From an uncultured Candidatus Saccharibacteria bacterium (GTDB lineage: Bacteria; Patescibacteriota; Saccharimonadia; Saccharimonadales; UBA4665): a DNA stretch of 64,000 nucleotides. The stretch's first letter is position 1. Every line of letters begins with the position of its first letter. The notes under the pieces are model-generated. The model had not been told where the DNA came from, searched no databases, and was given only the letters and a program-made list of their open reading frames with translations. This document shows, piece by piece, positions 1-9,113 of this stretch. The position numbers and the translations under genes were made by a program. The stretch lies in assembly GCA_964426605.1 (NCBI GenBank), contig CAYRQK010000001.1, positions 16,419-80,418 of the forward strand, read 5' to 3'.

Positions 1-33
1 GATAGGATCACTACGTAGCATAAGGGGGTTATC

Positions 34-453
34 ATGAAGAAGGTTCTTATCATACTCATTGCAGTGCTTATTGTTGGCGCTGTCGTTTTTGCGCTTGTAA
101 AAGCTAACTCGAAGTCTGGTGACACCATGTCGGGCATGAACATGTCGTCCTCGTCTACTGACGCCAAAAATCCTGATACATCATCGCAGGCGGTCGCAAC
201 CGATAAGGTTAGTATCAATGACTTTGCCTTTTCGCCGCAGGCTATCACAGTGTCGGCCGGTACAACGGTCACCTGGACCAACAAAGATAGTGCCGAGCAC
301 ACTGTCACGTCTGACGATGCGAGCAGCGATGGTCCCAACAGCCAGCAGCTTGCCCAGGGCGCCAGCTATACATTTACCTTTGCCACGGCCGGTACATACA
401 AATATCACTGTGCTAACCATCCCAACATGACCGGCACAGTCATCGTCAAATAA
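34..453 (+). CDS. type-1 (blue) copper protein, cupredoxin/amicyanin-plastocyanin-like, with N-terminal membrane anchor or signal
   Basis: 139 aa. Has an N-terminal hydrophobic helix (KKVLIILIAVLIVGAVVFALV) and a low-complexity linker. The cupredoxin domain carries a His ligand (SAEHTVTS) and a C-x2-H-x2-M loop (YHCANHPNM). Confidence 0.8.
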   Translation: MKKVLIILIAVLIVGAVVFALVKANSKSGDTMSGMNMSSSSTDAKNPDTSSQAVATDKVSINDFAFSPQAITVSAGTTVTWTNKDSAEHTVTSDDASSDGPNSQQLAQGASYTFTFATAGTYKYHCANHPNMTGTVIVK

Positions 454-598
454 AGGTCAAATATAAAGAACGGCGCGTGGCCGTTCTAGTACGTTCTTGT
501 GGTAGCCATCGATAGGACTACACGGGACGTTATTAAGACTGAACTGATTAGCATGTCTCAAATCGTCACTATGTACGATAGGTATTATGTGGGCTAGC

Positions 599-1156
599 CT
601 AAGCGGCTGTAGTTGAACCCCGGGACTTAAAGATAGACCATGCGGCCAGTAGGGAATAATTAACGATCTTGCCGTTCCGAATCATGGCGTCAACCTCGGA
701 TATTGATGTCCAATGGTCGGAAATATCTTCCTCTCTGTCGCCACCTGCTTTCTTGACTTTGGTACAGTCGCTGGCCAGGTACACGTACATACGAGCGCTG
801 GTGCGGCGGTTGTCGATATAAAACCAGCCAAGCTCTACAGTCTGCTTGGGCCGCAAGCCTGCTTCTTCGGCGAGCTCGCGGATTGCACCCTCTGCAGCAG
901 TTTCGTTTGCCTCGACTTTGCCGCCAGGGAATTGATATAACACCTCATTGGGCGGATACGAATACTCTTGCTGTAAAAGCACCTTATCACCTTGAGTACA
1001 GATGATACAGGCGGAATCACCCCGTTTTTCAAATACGAGGTATGGTACTTGTTGGCCGTCTGGGAGCTCGACATTGTCTTCAATGAGCGTAATACGAGGA
1101 TGAGTGAATATAGTTTTGCTGCTAATTGTTTTCCAAGCCATAATTAATTCTCTCAC
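599..1156 (-). CDS. NUDIX hydrolase (ADP-ribose pyrophosphatase-like)
   Basis: Nudix box GGKVEANETAAEGAIRELAEEAGL. The GTG start overlaps the upstream stop by 4 nt (GTGA); an alternative ATG lies at 1141. Confidence 0.85.
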   Translation of the reverse strand: MRELIMAWKTISSKTIFTHPRITLIEDNVELPDGQQVPYLVFEKRGDSACIICTQGDKVLLQQEYSYPPNEVLYQFPGGKVEANETAAEGAIRELAEEAGLRPKQTVELGWFYIDNRRTSARMYVYLASDCTKVKKAGGDREEDISDHWTSISEVDAMIRNGKIVNYSLLAAWSIFKSRGSTTAA

Positions 1157-2037
1157 AATATTTTGGTTACGAGTAGCTTACCGTCATCTGCACTGGAAAT
1201 GATTGCATTTGATGCGTGAAATTCTTTTTCAATCAACGTATCGGGCAGTACTACACAACCATCAAGTTGCTCTGGTGACGCGACGCTTGCAGCGGCGGCA
1301 ATGACGGTCTTCCCTCCGCTTAAGCGCATATTGCTCGCTAAATAGCGTGATGGAGTCCCGGCGTCTTCCCAATATCCGGGATAGTCTAGGAAATAATGGG
1401 ATACAGCGGAGTGTCCAATAGAGGGACATACTATGTCATGGTATATATTGCAGTTAATTGGGGTGTCGCTGTTTCGACGAGCAGTAGTAATCCAGTTCAT
1501 GAGGAATTGATTACGCAAGATAAAAATGCCGGTAGTGCTGAGGGTATCTTGCAGTGTACGCTTCTCTACTGAACTGGGGTTGTCATTTGTAAGAGCCACG
1601 TATTCACCGTATGGCTTTGGAGGAACTGTGAGTAGTGTGATGTCAGCATCTTCTGACTGGTGTTTTTCCCAAAAATCTAATATCGAAAGACCATCGTATA
1701 TATGGTCGCTCGGGAGTATTAGGGTATCGCCTTCACTGTCGGCATTTGAGATGAGGTCGTAGTGCTTAATTAGAGATCCGCCGCTTCCGATTGTCTCATC
1801 ATCACGAAGTACTTGTACGTTCTGAGTATCCTGAAGATATTCTTCAATCTGCAGACCTTGATAGTCAGTACTTACCCAGACATGTTCGCTTGCGGCGGTA
1901 CTTACTGCTATCGGGAAGTTGATAATACACCCGTCCGGGCTGCCCATTGTAAGTAGCGGTTTCGGCAGTTTTAGTGTGTGTGGGTGTAAACGACTTCCAA
2001 GGCCGCCCGCTGGAATGAACGTAGCTAGTTCACTCAT
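1153..2037 (-). CDS. sugar-phosphate nucleotidyltransferase (NTP_transferase family)
   Basis: N-terminal G-rich loop IPAGGLGSRLHPHTLKLPKPLL. A 4-nt ATGA overlap couples it to the upstream glycosyltransferase. Confidence 0.75.
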   Translation of the reverse strand: MSELATFIPAGGLGSRLHPHTLKLPKPLLTMGSPDGCIINFPIAVSTAASEHVWVSTDYQGLQIEEYLQDTQNVQVLRDDETIGSGGSLIKHYDLISNADSEGDTLILPSDHIYDGLSILDFWEKHQSEDADITLLTVPPKPYGEYVALTNDNPSSVEKRTLQDTLSTTGIFILRNQFLMNWITTARRNSDTPINCNIYHDIVCPSIGHSAVSHYFLDYPGYWEDAGTPSRYLASNMRLSGGKTVIAAAASVASPEQLDGCVVLPDTLIEKEFHASNAIISSADDGKLLVTKIL

Positions 2038-3233
2038 GGATACCTTTCCTTCAGTAGCTTGGCATACACTTTCTCGAGATCAGTAGTGTGATTTGAGATG
2101 TCAAATTTTGAAACAGTAGCTAACCCGTTGCGTGCCAATTTGTGTCCCAACCGCTCATCTTGCAGTATAAGCTGTATACTAGCGGCAAAAGATTTTTCGT
2201 CTTCAGGTTGCGACATAAGACCATTTTTGCCATGAGTTACGATTTCGTCGAGCCCGGTCGTATTGCTGACGACCAGAGGAACTTGTAGAGCCTGCGCTTC
2301 AATTGCCGACAAACCCAAGCCTTCATATAACGACGGAACGATGGTACACTTTGCAGCCTTGTAGAAAAAGGGCAAAACTTCACGGGGAATGACCTTGTGT
2401 GGTCTAATAATTTTTGTATCAACAGATAGCTCTTTAGCGAGTTGGTTCACCTGCAGGGCATAATGTATATCAAACGGGTCGTACATGCCGGTTAAGACTA
2501 GCTTAAGCTCATGCTTCTTATTGATAATCTCGAGCGTGCGAACTGCGGTAAGAATCCCCTTTTGTGCCGTAATACGTGAGGAGAGAATCATGTATGCGTC
2601 TTTAGGGGTCAACGCGCTGCCGAAGTACTCACTGAATGTATCGTTGTTTGCCGTAAAGGGGTGTTGCAAAGTATCAAGTTCGATACCAAGATAGGAGAGA
2701 GTAGTTTTATTTTCTTCGACACCGAGGGCTACTAAGGAATTACGATAAGCTTTGCTGCCCGCAATAATGCAATCGTAGGCGTTCGTCGCAATAATGAATT
2801 TTGCTAGTGCAATATCCAAGTCGGCCGTAGGATAGTAGCCAATCGAACGTTCTTCTAGCACCGGCGTATTATAGGGAATGAAAACGATAGGACATTTGAT
2901 CAGTTCACGGTAAGTGCTCACTAAAAGCATTGGCATAAAGTTAGATACCTGCAAAATGTCAGGAAAAACACGGTTAATATGCTCGTAAAGCTCTTTACCT
3001 GGCCTTCGCATACCCTGTTTGCCGGTAGCGAATGATTCTAAGTCGTGGACGTACTCTAGGGAGAAGGGAAAGGATCGGTCGGTGTGCTGTGCCTTGAGAG
3101 CGTAATCAGTAATGACTGTAACCGTGTGCCCGCGAGTTGCCAGCGCGTGAGCAATTGAGTAAGCGGCCGTCCCGCTACCTACTACCTGTGGGTAGAACCG
3201 AGCACTAACTATACATACGCGAAGACCGAGCAT
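2034..3233 (-). CDS. glycosyltransferase family 4 (GT-B fold)
   Basis: 399 aa. N-terminal motif FYPQVVGSGTAAYSIAHALATRGHTVTV. The C-terminal half contains the EGLGLSAIEAQALQVPLVVS E-x7-E-type motif. Confidence 0.85.
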   Translation of the reverse strand: MLGLRVCIVSARFYPQVVGSGTAAYSIAHALATRGHTVTVITDYALKAQHTDRSFPFSLEYVHDLESFATGKQGMRRPGKELYEHINRVFPDILQVSNFMPMLLVSTYRELIKCPIVFIPYNTPVLEERSIGYYPTADLDIALAKFIIATNAYDCIIAGSKAYRNSLVALGVEENKTTLSYLGIELDTLQHPFTANNDTFSEYFGSALTPKDAYMILSSRITAQKGILTAVRTLEIINKKHELKLVLTGMYDPFDIHYALQVNQLAKELSVDTKIIRPHKVIPREVLPFFYKAAKCTIVPSLYEGLGLSAIEAQALQVPLVVSNTTGLDEIVTHGKNGLMSQPEDEKSFAASIQLILQDERLGHKLARNGLATVSKFDISNHTTDLEKVYAKLLKERYP

Positions 3234-3270
3234 ACTATTTTAATAACATAAAATACTTAAATAAGCAGTA

Positions 3271-3347
3271 TGGTAGCGGCGACAAGACTTGAACTTGTGA
3301 CCCCAGGCTTATGAGTCCTGTGCTCTAACCAGCTGAGCTACGCCGCC
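3271..3347 (-). tRNA. tRNA with CAT anticodon (elongator Met or lysidine-modified Ile2; not initiator-like)
   Basis: The reverse complement GGCGGCGTAGCTCAGCTGGTTAGAGCACAGGACTCATAAGCCTGGGGTCACAAGTTCAAGTCTTGTCGCCGCTACCA folds as a cloverleaf. The anticodon loop is CTCATAA and CCA is encoded. The anticodon stem lacks the GGG/CCC of initiator tRNAs. Confidence 0.9.
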
Positions 3348-3381
3348 TCGTGACATTTTGTTATTGCAAAAGCAGTACGAG

Positions 3382-3397
3382 AACAGGGGAGATTGTA
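3382..3397 (-). promoter_or_regulatory. tRNA promoter -10 plus conserved discriminator (TACAAT-CTCCCCTGTT)
   Basis: The minus strand reads TACAATCTCCCCTGTT about 35 nt upstream of the tRNA 5' end. The same -10/discriminator block precedes four other tRNA units in the window. Confidence 0.55.
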
Positions 3398-3422
3398 GCA
3401 GGTTTTGTCCCTGTTGGCTAGG

Positions 3423-4184
3423 TTAGTAACTACGAAAAGCGAGGTAGGCCACGGTAATCAAGCCCAACACGATGATTGCGATACGAATCGAATGTGACGA
3501 AATTCGTCGGGCAAATCGCGCACCACTATAACCACCAATGGTACCGCCAGCCGCCATTATGAGCCCGGCGTGCCAGTCGATGATATTGCCACCGGTCAGT
3601 ATAGCGATCGATACAGCGCACATTACCGTGCCGGCGACGTTTTTCATAGCGTTCATTTGGTGCACGTCGTGGATGTTTGTAAAACCCAAGAAGGCTAGCA
3701 TGATAAAGCCCATCCCAGCCCCGAAATAACCGCCGTATACCGCGACAGGCAACAGACATATACCGATGATGACGAGTGGTTTGATACGCTTGCTGCGGCT
3801 GTGTAAGTGCTTGTGTAGATAAGCGTGCAAGAATGGTTGGAAGGCGAACAAGGCTAGTGCAAATAGTAGGAGCGGCGGAATGATGTGTGCGAAATCATCG
3901 CCACTCGTGTTACGTAGTGCCGTCGCACCAACCGCCGAACCAATCACGCAGGGAACGAGCAGCCAGGTATATTTCAGCGGCACTTTGCGCAGGTGGTCGC
4001 GGTAGCCAAAAGCTGATGCCATCTGACCGGGTAAGACCATTATATTGCTTGTGGCGTTGGCAACGAGTGCGGGCAAGCCATAGGCCAGCAGAGCCGGGAA
4101 ACCTAACAGTGTCCCACCTCCAGCAACGGCGTTTATGATACCTACGACGATACCAATCCCAAATAGAAATAATTCTTTGAGCAC
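3423..4184 (-). CDS. TauE/SafE family sulfite/anion exporter (membrane protein)
   Basis: 253 aa, polytopic and Gly-rich. Helix composition is typical of the TSUP/TauE family (GGGTLLGFPALL, GGYFGAGMGFIMLAFL). Confidence 0.75.
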   Translation of the reverse strand: MLKELFLFGIGIVVGIINAVAGGGTLLGFPALLAYGLPALVANATSNIMVLPGQMASAFGYRDHLRKVPLKYTWLLVPCVIGSAVGATALRNTSGDDFAHIIPPLLLFALALFAFQPFLHAYLHKHLHSRSKRIKPLVIIGICLLPVAVYGGYFGAGMGFIMLAFLGFTNIHDVHQMNAMKNVAGTVMCAVSIAILTGGNIIDWHAGLIMAAGGTIGGYSGARFARRISSHSIRIAIIVLGLITVAYLAFRSY

Positions 4185-4759
4185 TAACTCGTGACCTTGT
4201 GTGTTTGCGCAAACCAGGCAGCTGCCTGGTGATAGGCGTCTTTGTCACCTTGTGCGTCACCCACAATACCCTCATCATAGGTCTCAGCAATGCTGTAGCG
4301 GCTGCCACGCAGCGCTACAACTTTCGAGATGGGCGGACCTTCGTTGCCGCGTGGCTCGCCTAGTACTACGCCCGGTACATCGTGCCGAAACAATACTGTC
4401 TCGTACTCGTTTTGATAGATCAGGTATTGCTGCAAGATAATCGTTTTGTCTGTGAGCGTGTTAGTGAGTCGGATAAAATCATCTGGCGTGAACCAATGGT
4501 TCATCGATTTCATGTATGCGCCAGGGAATCCGCCGAGCGCCGGTATTGACCACGAATCATCAGTCACAAGCACGGGCTTGCCTACAGCTGCGAAGGCCTT
4601 GGCCGCCTTATCCCGGACGATCAACTCAGCGTCTTCGCCCTGGATTTCATCGATATCAAGGATGATCTGTTCCAGGTTAATGCCGTGCTTGGCAAAGGCT
4701 GACTGAGCGAGCGCAAATTTGTGTTTATTACCCGTGGCACAGAGTAGGGTGTTTGTCAT
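4184..4759 (-). CDS. non-canonical purine NTP pyrophosphatase (Ham1/RdgB/ITPase family)
   Basis: 191 aa. N-terminal ATGNKHKF motif, and GFPGAYMK later in the protein. TATACT lies 10 nt upstream of the ATG. Confidence 0.75.
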   Translation of the reverse strand: MTNTLLCATGNKHKFALAQSAFAKHGINLEQIILDIDEIQGEDAELIVRDKAAKAFAAVGKPVLVTDDSWSIPALGGFPGAYMKSMNHWFTPDDFIRLTNTLTDKTIILQQYLIYQNEYETVLFRHDVPGVVLGEPRGNEGPPISKVVALRGSRYSIAETYDEGIVGDAQGDKDAYHQAAAWFAQTHKVTS

Positions 4760-4979
4760 GATGCATATCAGTATAGCGTACCGTGATAACTGCGCTGCGT
4801 AGGCACGGGTTGTATAATATAGGCGTGTTCTTTAACACATTCGATTACAACTTTCGCTAAGAGCGGCCAAAAGGGGTCGAGGCCCGACCTTTCCTGGCCG
4901 CTCTCAGAACAAGACAGTGTACCGCACCCGTGTGTGGGACTATAGGCTGGCTTGGCGACGCTCGCAGGAAGGGAATGCC

Positions 4980-5789
4980 ATGACAAAGGCATCCTTGGCT
5001 CAGGGGAAGCAGATCCTCGATCTGTTCTCTGGTTGCAGCAGTGAAGAAGTTCAACAGTTTATCGAAGCCGGTGACTTGCTTGGTATGATGGCCGTAACCG
5101 ACCTCAAACGAGTTGATCGTAGGGCTTTTGCCGATCTGCTGGCCGGGTCGGTACCGGCAGCAGCACTCAAGCTATGGTCCACTGCTGATGTTCTCCGAGC
5201 TTTTGTAGCCCGGAATAACGAACGCGGATGGGGCTTTACGAGAGAACAGATTAGTACTCTGGAGGTGAGTATGCCGGCTGACGCTGTCAGTCGTCTCGAC
5301 GATATGTCCAGCTTGGAGATATGGCTGGGTGACCTGCCGACGACCTTCGAGGAACTATGGGCCTGGAATGTACATGTGCATGGCAGTGCCTGGCGCTACG
5401 ACGGACTCAAGTCAGACTCGCAGCATCTGCGCTTGCTTGACCCTGAACAGTCCTATAGTAGTCAGCTGTCAGCTAGGTGGGTCAAGCTCGACATCACTGC
5501 CAACCGCGGTCAGACATCGGAGGATATTGACGACTCCATGGGCTACCCGGGGCTTGCCGTCCTGGCGGCCGCCGCGCTGCAACCCATCTGGTTGCCAGCC
5601 ATTGATCGCGATGGTCTGTTGGGCGTTTGGCTGTTTGGCCTACTGGCGATGATTCCTGGCGAGCATGCCTGGAGGAATGTCCCACTTCTATTCTGGGATC
5701 ATGGCAGTCATGATGAGGTTGGTCTCCATGCCCGTTGGAGCGGTCACCGACGCCGGGATTGTACAGTCCCGGTGTTCAAGAAGTTGTAA
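4980..5789 (+). CDS. hypothetical protein (no recognisable domain)
   Basis: The ATG at 4980 is preceded by GGAAGGG 6-7 nt upstream. The track start at 4917 lacks an RBS. The ORF appears more GC-rich than its neighbours by eye. Confidence 0.55.
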   Translation: MTKASLAQGKQILDLFSGCSSEEVQQFIEAGDLLGMMAVTDLKRVDRRAFADLLAGSVPAAALKLWSTADVLRAFVARNNERGWGFTREQISTLEVSMPADAVSRLDDMSSLEIWLGDLPTTFEELWAWNVHVHGSAWRYDGLKSDSQHLRLLDPEQSYSSQLSARWVKLDITANRGQTSEDIDDSMGYPGLAVLAAAALQPIWLPAIDRDGLLGVWLFGLLAMIPGEHAWRNVPLLFWDHGSHDEVGLHARWSGHRRRDCTVPVFKKL

Positions 5790-5867
5790 TCGAGGGAGTC
5801 TTCGGACTCTCGCGGGCGTGGTCGGACTTTATCTGAGTCTTCGGATCGAAGTCCGACCGCCCCACCC

Positions 5868-5927
5868 GGGTACCTGTCGTTTGTTGCTCCGCAGCAATTA
5901 TCAGACAGGTACCCTTTTCCATTTTTT
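5868..5927 (+). terminator. intrinsic terminator-like long hairpin
   Basis: GGGTACCTGTC (5868-5878) pairs with GACAGGTACCC (5904-5914). An inner TTGCT/AGCAA stem is present, and the hairpin is followed by TTTTCCATTTTTT. Confidence 0.55.
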
Positions 5928-5941
5928 GATACCATACGCGT

Positions 5942-6826
5942 ATGCAGATACAGGTTAAGCCGGGGAAATATGTGGTCGCTATCAGTGGAGGCGTGGATAG
6001 CATGGTATTACTGCGCCTATTGTATGGCCAGGAAGGCCTGGAACTGATTGTGGCGCACTTCGACCATGGTATCCGGCCAGATTCGGCACAGGATCGACAA
6101 CTTGTGCAAGCGACTGCCGCCGACCTAGGATTACCATTCGTCTATGCAAATGGCCGGTTGGGCGAGCAGGCCAGCGAAGCCGTGGCTCGTAAGGTGCGTT
6201 ACGATTTCTTGTACGCTACCCAGCAAGAATACGGCGCGAAGGCTATCGTAACCGCGCACCACCAGGACGACGTGCTGGAGACGGCGATTATTAATATGCT
6301 GCGTGGCACCAACCGCCGAGGCCTAAGTTCACTCAAAAGCACCGATGGCATTGTGCGGCCGCTGCTGGATTACCCCAAGCAGGCTCTGCTGGAATACGCT
6401 CGGGCGCAGGGCATTGTCTGGCACGAGGATAGCACCAATCGGGACGAACGCTACGTACGCAATTATATTCGTCGTCAATTGTTAGCGCGCTTTTCGGATG
6501 CAGATCGTCGACAGTTTGCCGCGGTGCTAACAGATAGTGCTCGACTCAACCACGAACTCGATGCACTCATCGCCCAGCAGCTGCAGGCTGTCACGGACGA
6601 TAACCACATTCGCCGCCAGCGTTTTACTGACTTACCTCACGCTATTGCTCGTGAAGTTATGGCAGCTTGGCTCCGTACGTACTCTCTCGAATTCGATAAG
6701 GCAACCATCGAACGGCTGGTTGTGGCTGCCAAGACGGCTCAGCCAGGCAGCAGTGTTGACGTGACTTCTGGCTGGCAATTACACATCACCAAAACTACTC
6801 TGGCACTCCGCCATCCGGAGCGCTAG
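5942..6826 (+). CDS. tilS: tRNA(Ile)-lysidine synthase
   Basis: PP-loop SGGVDSMVLL near the N-terminus. Shows the classic tilS-ftsH synteny. Confidence 0.9.
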   Translation: MQIQVKPGKYVVAISGGVDSMVLLRLLYGQEGLELIVAHFDHGIRPDSAQDRQLVQATAADLGLPFVYANGRLGEQASEAVARKVRYDFLYATQQEYGAKAIVTAHHQDDVLETAIINMLRGTNRRGLSSLKSTDGIVRPLLDYPKQALLEYARAQGIVWHEDSTNRDERYVRNYIRRQLLARFSDADRRQFAAVLTDSARLNHELDALIAQQLQAVTDDNHIRRQRFTDLPHAIAREVMAAWLRTYSLEFDKATIERLVVAAKTAQPGSSVDVTSGWQLHITKTTLALRHPER

Positions 6827-6858
6827 ATAATTAGAATAAGAGATTGTATACTTAGACA

Positions 6859-8733
6859 ATGCCTATGAAAAACCGCCCCAGCGCCCCCAATCATAAACCT
6901 ACCAAACCGGGTCGTCGTAACGCCAAAAATGCGGGCTTTATTGCCTTGATGATTCTAATTGCACTCGTTGTCTTTGCTGCCTATGGTCAGTCGGCCGCTA
7001 GCAAGACTATTCCACTGACCGAAGCTGTCAGCAATAGCAACAAGGGTGAATACAGCAAGATAGAGGTGAAGGGTAATCAACTCAATATTACCAAAAAGGG
7101 CGACAAGCTGCCGACCGTCAAGACCTACAGCGACCCCAATGCGAGCCTAAAAGAACTAGGATTCAACACCCAAAAGGTTGAGGTTTCGTATGATGCCGTG
7201 TCGGATGGCAGCTCATTCTTGGTCCAGTTGCTCCTCACACTTGGCCCAGTATTGCTGATAGGCGGTCTGCTGTTCTTTATGATGCGCAGTGCCCAGGGTC
7301 AAGGTAATCAGGCGCTGAGTTTCGGCAAAAGCCGAGCGCGCTTGTACGGCAACGAAAAAGATAAGGTGATGTTTGCCGATGTTGCCGGCCAGGCCGAGGC
7401 CAAACAGGACCTCGAAGAAGTTGTCGAGTTCCTCAAATTCCCTAAGAAATTTGTTGGTGTCGGTGCCCGCATCCCCAAAGGCGTCTTGCTGGTCGGCCCT
7501 CCTGGTACCGGTAAGACTATGCTAAGTCGTGCTGTGGCTGGCGAAGCCAATGTACCGTTCTTCAGTATTTCCGGTTCGGAGTTTGTCGAGATGTTTGTCG
7601 GTGTTGGTGCTAGTCGTGTCCGCGATCTATTCGCCAAGGCCAAGAAAAACGCACCGTGCATTATATTTATCGACGAAATTGACGCCGTTGGCCGCCGCCG
7701 CGGTAGTGGTATGGGTGGCGGACACGACGAGCGTGAGCAAACCCTCAACCAGATTTTAGTCGAGATGGACGGCTTCGAGCAAGGCCAGAATGTCATCGTT
7801 CTGGCGGCAACTAACCGTGCTGACGTACTCGACCCAGCGTTGCTACGCCCTGGCCGTTTCGACCGCCGCGTGGGTATTGGCCTGCCCGATCGCAAGGACC
7901 GCGAAGCCATCCTGAGGGTGCACTATGCCAAGAAACCACTGGCCAAATCTGTCGATCTCGATGCCCTGGCTGCCAAGACTGCTGGCTCATCTGGTGCTGA
8001 TCTGGCAAACATTGCCAACGAATCTGCCATCATTGCCGCTCGCAACAATCACACCGAGATTTCTCAGACCGACGTCACCGAGGCCTTTGAGCGTGTTGCT
8101 ATCGGCCCCGAGCGTAAGAACAAAATTCTGAACGAAAAAGAAAAAGAGATTACCGCTTATCACGAAGCTGGCCACGCCGTTGTCGGCCACGTGTTGCCCG
8201 ACAGTGATCCGGTACACAAAGTGACCATTATCCCGCGCGGCGGCACCGGCGGTGTTACCTGGTTCTTGCCGCCTGAAGACCGCAGCTATACCAGCATCAT
8301 CGAATTCAAGGACGTCCTGGCTCGCGCTCTTGGCGGCCGGATTGCCGAGGAAGTCATCTTTGGCAAAGACCGCGTCACGACTGGGGCCGGCAATGATCTG
8401 CAAAAGGCTGCCGAGATCGCTCGTGACATGGTCATTAACCAAGGTATGGGCAACAAATTACGCGACCAAGTCTTTCATGTTGAGGACGGCATCATGATGG
8501 AGCGTATCATGCACGAGCGTGAGTATTCCGACGACACTGCCAAAGTCATCGACCACGAAGTCGAAGATCTCATTACCGAGGCTGCCAACCGCGCCCGCGC
8601 TGTTATCAAGGCCAATCTCAAGCGCATCGAAGCCCTCAAGGATCGCTTACTCGAGAAAGAAACCGTCGAAGCCGAAGAGGTGCTCGAGCTGTTGCACGGT
8701 TCAACGCTTCCCAAAGAAGCCGCTCTGTACTAA
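6859..8733 (+). CDS. ftsH: ATP-dependent zinc metalloprotease FtsH
   Basis: Two N-terminal TM helices, AAA+ Walker A GPPGTGKT, Walker B IIFIDEID, the second region of homology, and the zinc motif HEAGHAV. Confidence 0.98.
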   Translation: MPMKNRPSAPNHKPTKPGRRNAKNAGFIALMILIALVVFAAYGQSAASKTIPLTEAVSNSNKGEYSKIEVKGNQLNITKKGDKLPTVKTYSDPNASLKELGFNTQKVEVSYDAVSDGSSFLVQLLLTLGPVLLIGGLLFFMMRSAQGQGNQALSFGKSRARLYGNEKDKVMFADVAGQAEAKQDLEEVVEFLKFPKKFVGVGARIPKGVLLVGPPGTGKTMLSRAVAGEANVPFFSISGSEFVEMFVGVGASRVRDLFAKAKKNAPCIIFIDEIDAVGRRRGSGMGGGHDEREQTLNQILVEMDGFEQGQNVIVLAATNRADVLDPALLRPGRFDRRVGIGLPDRKDREAILRVHYAKKPLAKSVDLDALAAKTAGSSGADLANIANESAIIAARNNHTEISQTDVTEAFERVAIGPERKNKILNEKEKEITAYHEAGHAVVGHVLPDSDPVHKVTIIPRGGTGGVTWFLPPEDRSYTSIIEFKDVLARALGGRIAEEVIFGKDRVTTGAGNDLQKAAEIARDMVINQGMGNKLRDQVFHVEDGIMMERIMHEREYSDDTAKVIDHEVEDLITEAANRARAVIKANLKRIEALKDRLLEKETVEAEEVLELLHGSTLPKEAALY

Positions 8734-8777
8734 TAAATAAGTTCACTAAAACCACAAAATAAGTGTCATTTCTCTGC

Positions 8778-8796
8778 CTAGAGGTCCGACCTCTAG
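8778..8796. repeat. REP-like palindrome copy (CTAGAGGTC-C-GACCTCTAG)
   Basis: Perfect 9+1+9 palindrome. It has the same core as the palindromes flanking the RAYT gene at 47850 and 48537. Confidence 0.8.
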
Positions 8797-8918
8797 ATGG
8801 GTTTGTGGGCTTGGGGAACTGCGGGGTGGAGACGATGGATACATGTGTGTGGTTTGGATGCTAGAATGCATCAAACTGACATAATTATCATCGCTCCACC
8901 CCGTGAGGTAGTTCTCTG

Positions 8919-9104
8919 TTAGAGATTGTTTCTGTCGTAACCGAACTTATCCATGAAATTGTCCAGTTCGTTCGCGGCTTTCATGAACAGTTCGTCGTCC
9001 CTGGCGCGGCACTCATCGCACAGCAGATCAAATTGCTCTTCGGTGAATTTCTTGCCGCATTCGTCGCACGCCCCGTGATCTTGCGTGTCGTCTTCGGACA
9101 TCAT
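8919..9104 (-). CDS. small zinc-ribbon protein (hypothetical)
   Basis: 61 aa with two CxxC pairs (CDECGKK...CDEC). It lies downstream of the 9114-9473 gene on the same strand. Confidence 0.5.
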   Translation of the reverse strand: MMSEDDTQDHGACDECGKKFTEEQFDLLCDECRARDDELFMKAANELDNFMDKFGYDRNNL

Positions 9105-9113
9105 TACTCCTTG

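Noticed and set aside
467-487. Hairpin AGAACGGC-gcgtg-GCCGTTCT after the cupredoxin gene as an intrinsic terminator.
   Set aside because: There is no T-tract on either strand. It may still act structurally, but the evidence is too weak to list as a feature.
4872-4898. The minus-strand sequence CAGGAAAGGTCGGGCC resembles the RNase P RNA P4 motif GAGGAAAGTCCGGGC.
   Set aside because: Only about 220 nt of non-coding space is available. The match has an inserted G. I could not find the complementary P4 3' strand (ACAGAAcccGGCTTA-like) or other conserved RNase P blocks nearby. It more likely belongs to a local nested hairpin.
7308-7910. A 200-aa ORF antisense to ftsH. Similar long shadow ORFs lie inside other strongly supported genes: 9825-10448 in the VirD4-like gene, 21680-22321 and 21708-22436 in dnaJ, 46343-46939 in pilB, 54572-55316 in rny, and 60922-61506 in the ATPase.
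   Set aside because: Each lies wholly within a gene whose product shows clear family motifs in another frame or on the other strand. Their translations are low-complexity (R/S/P/A-rich), as is typical of antisense frames in moderately GC-rich DNA, and they have no start-site signals.
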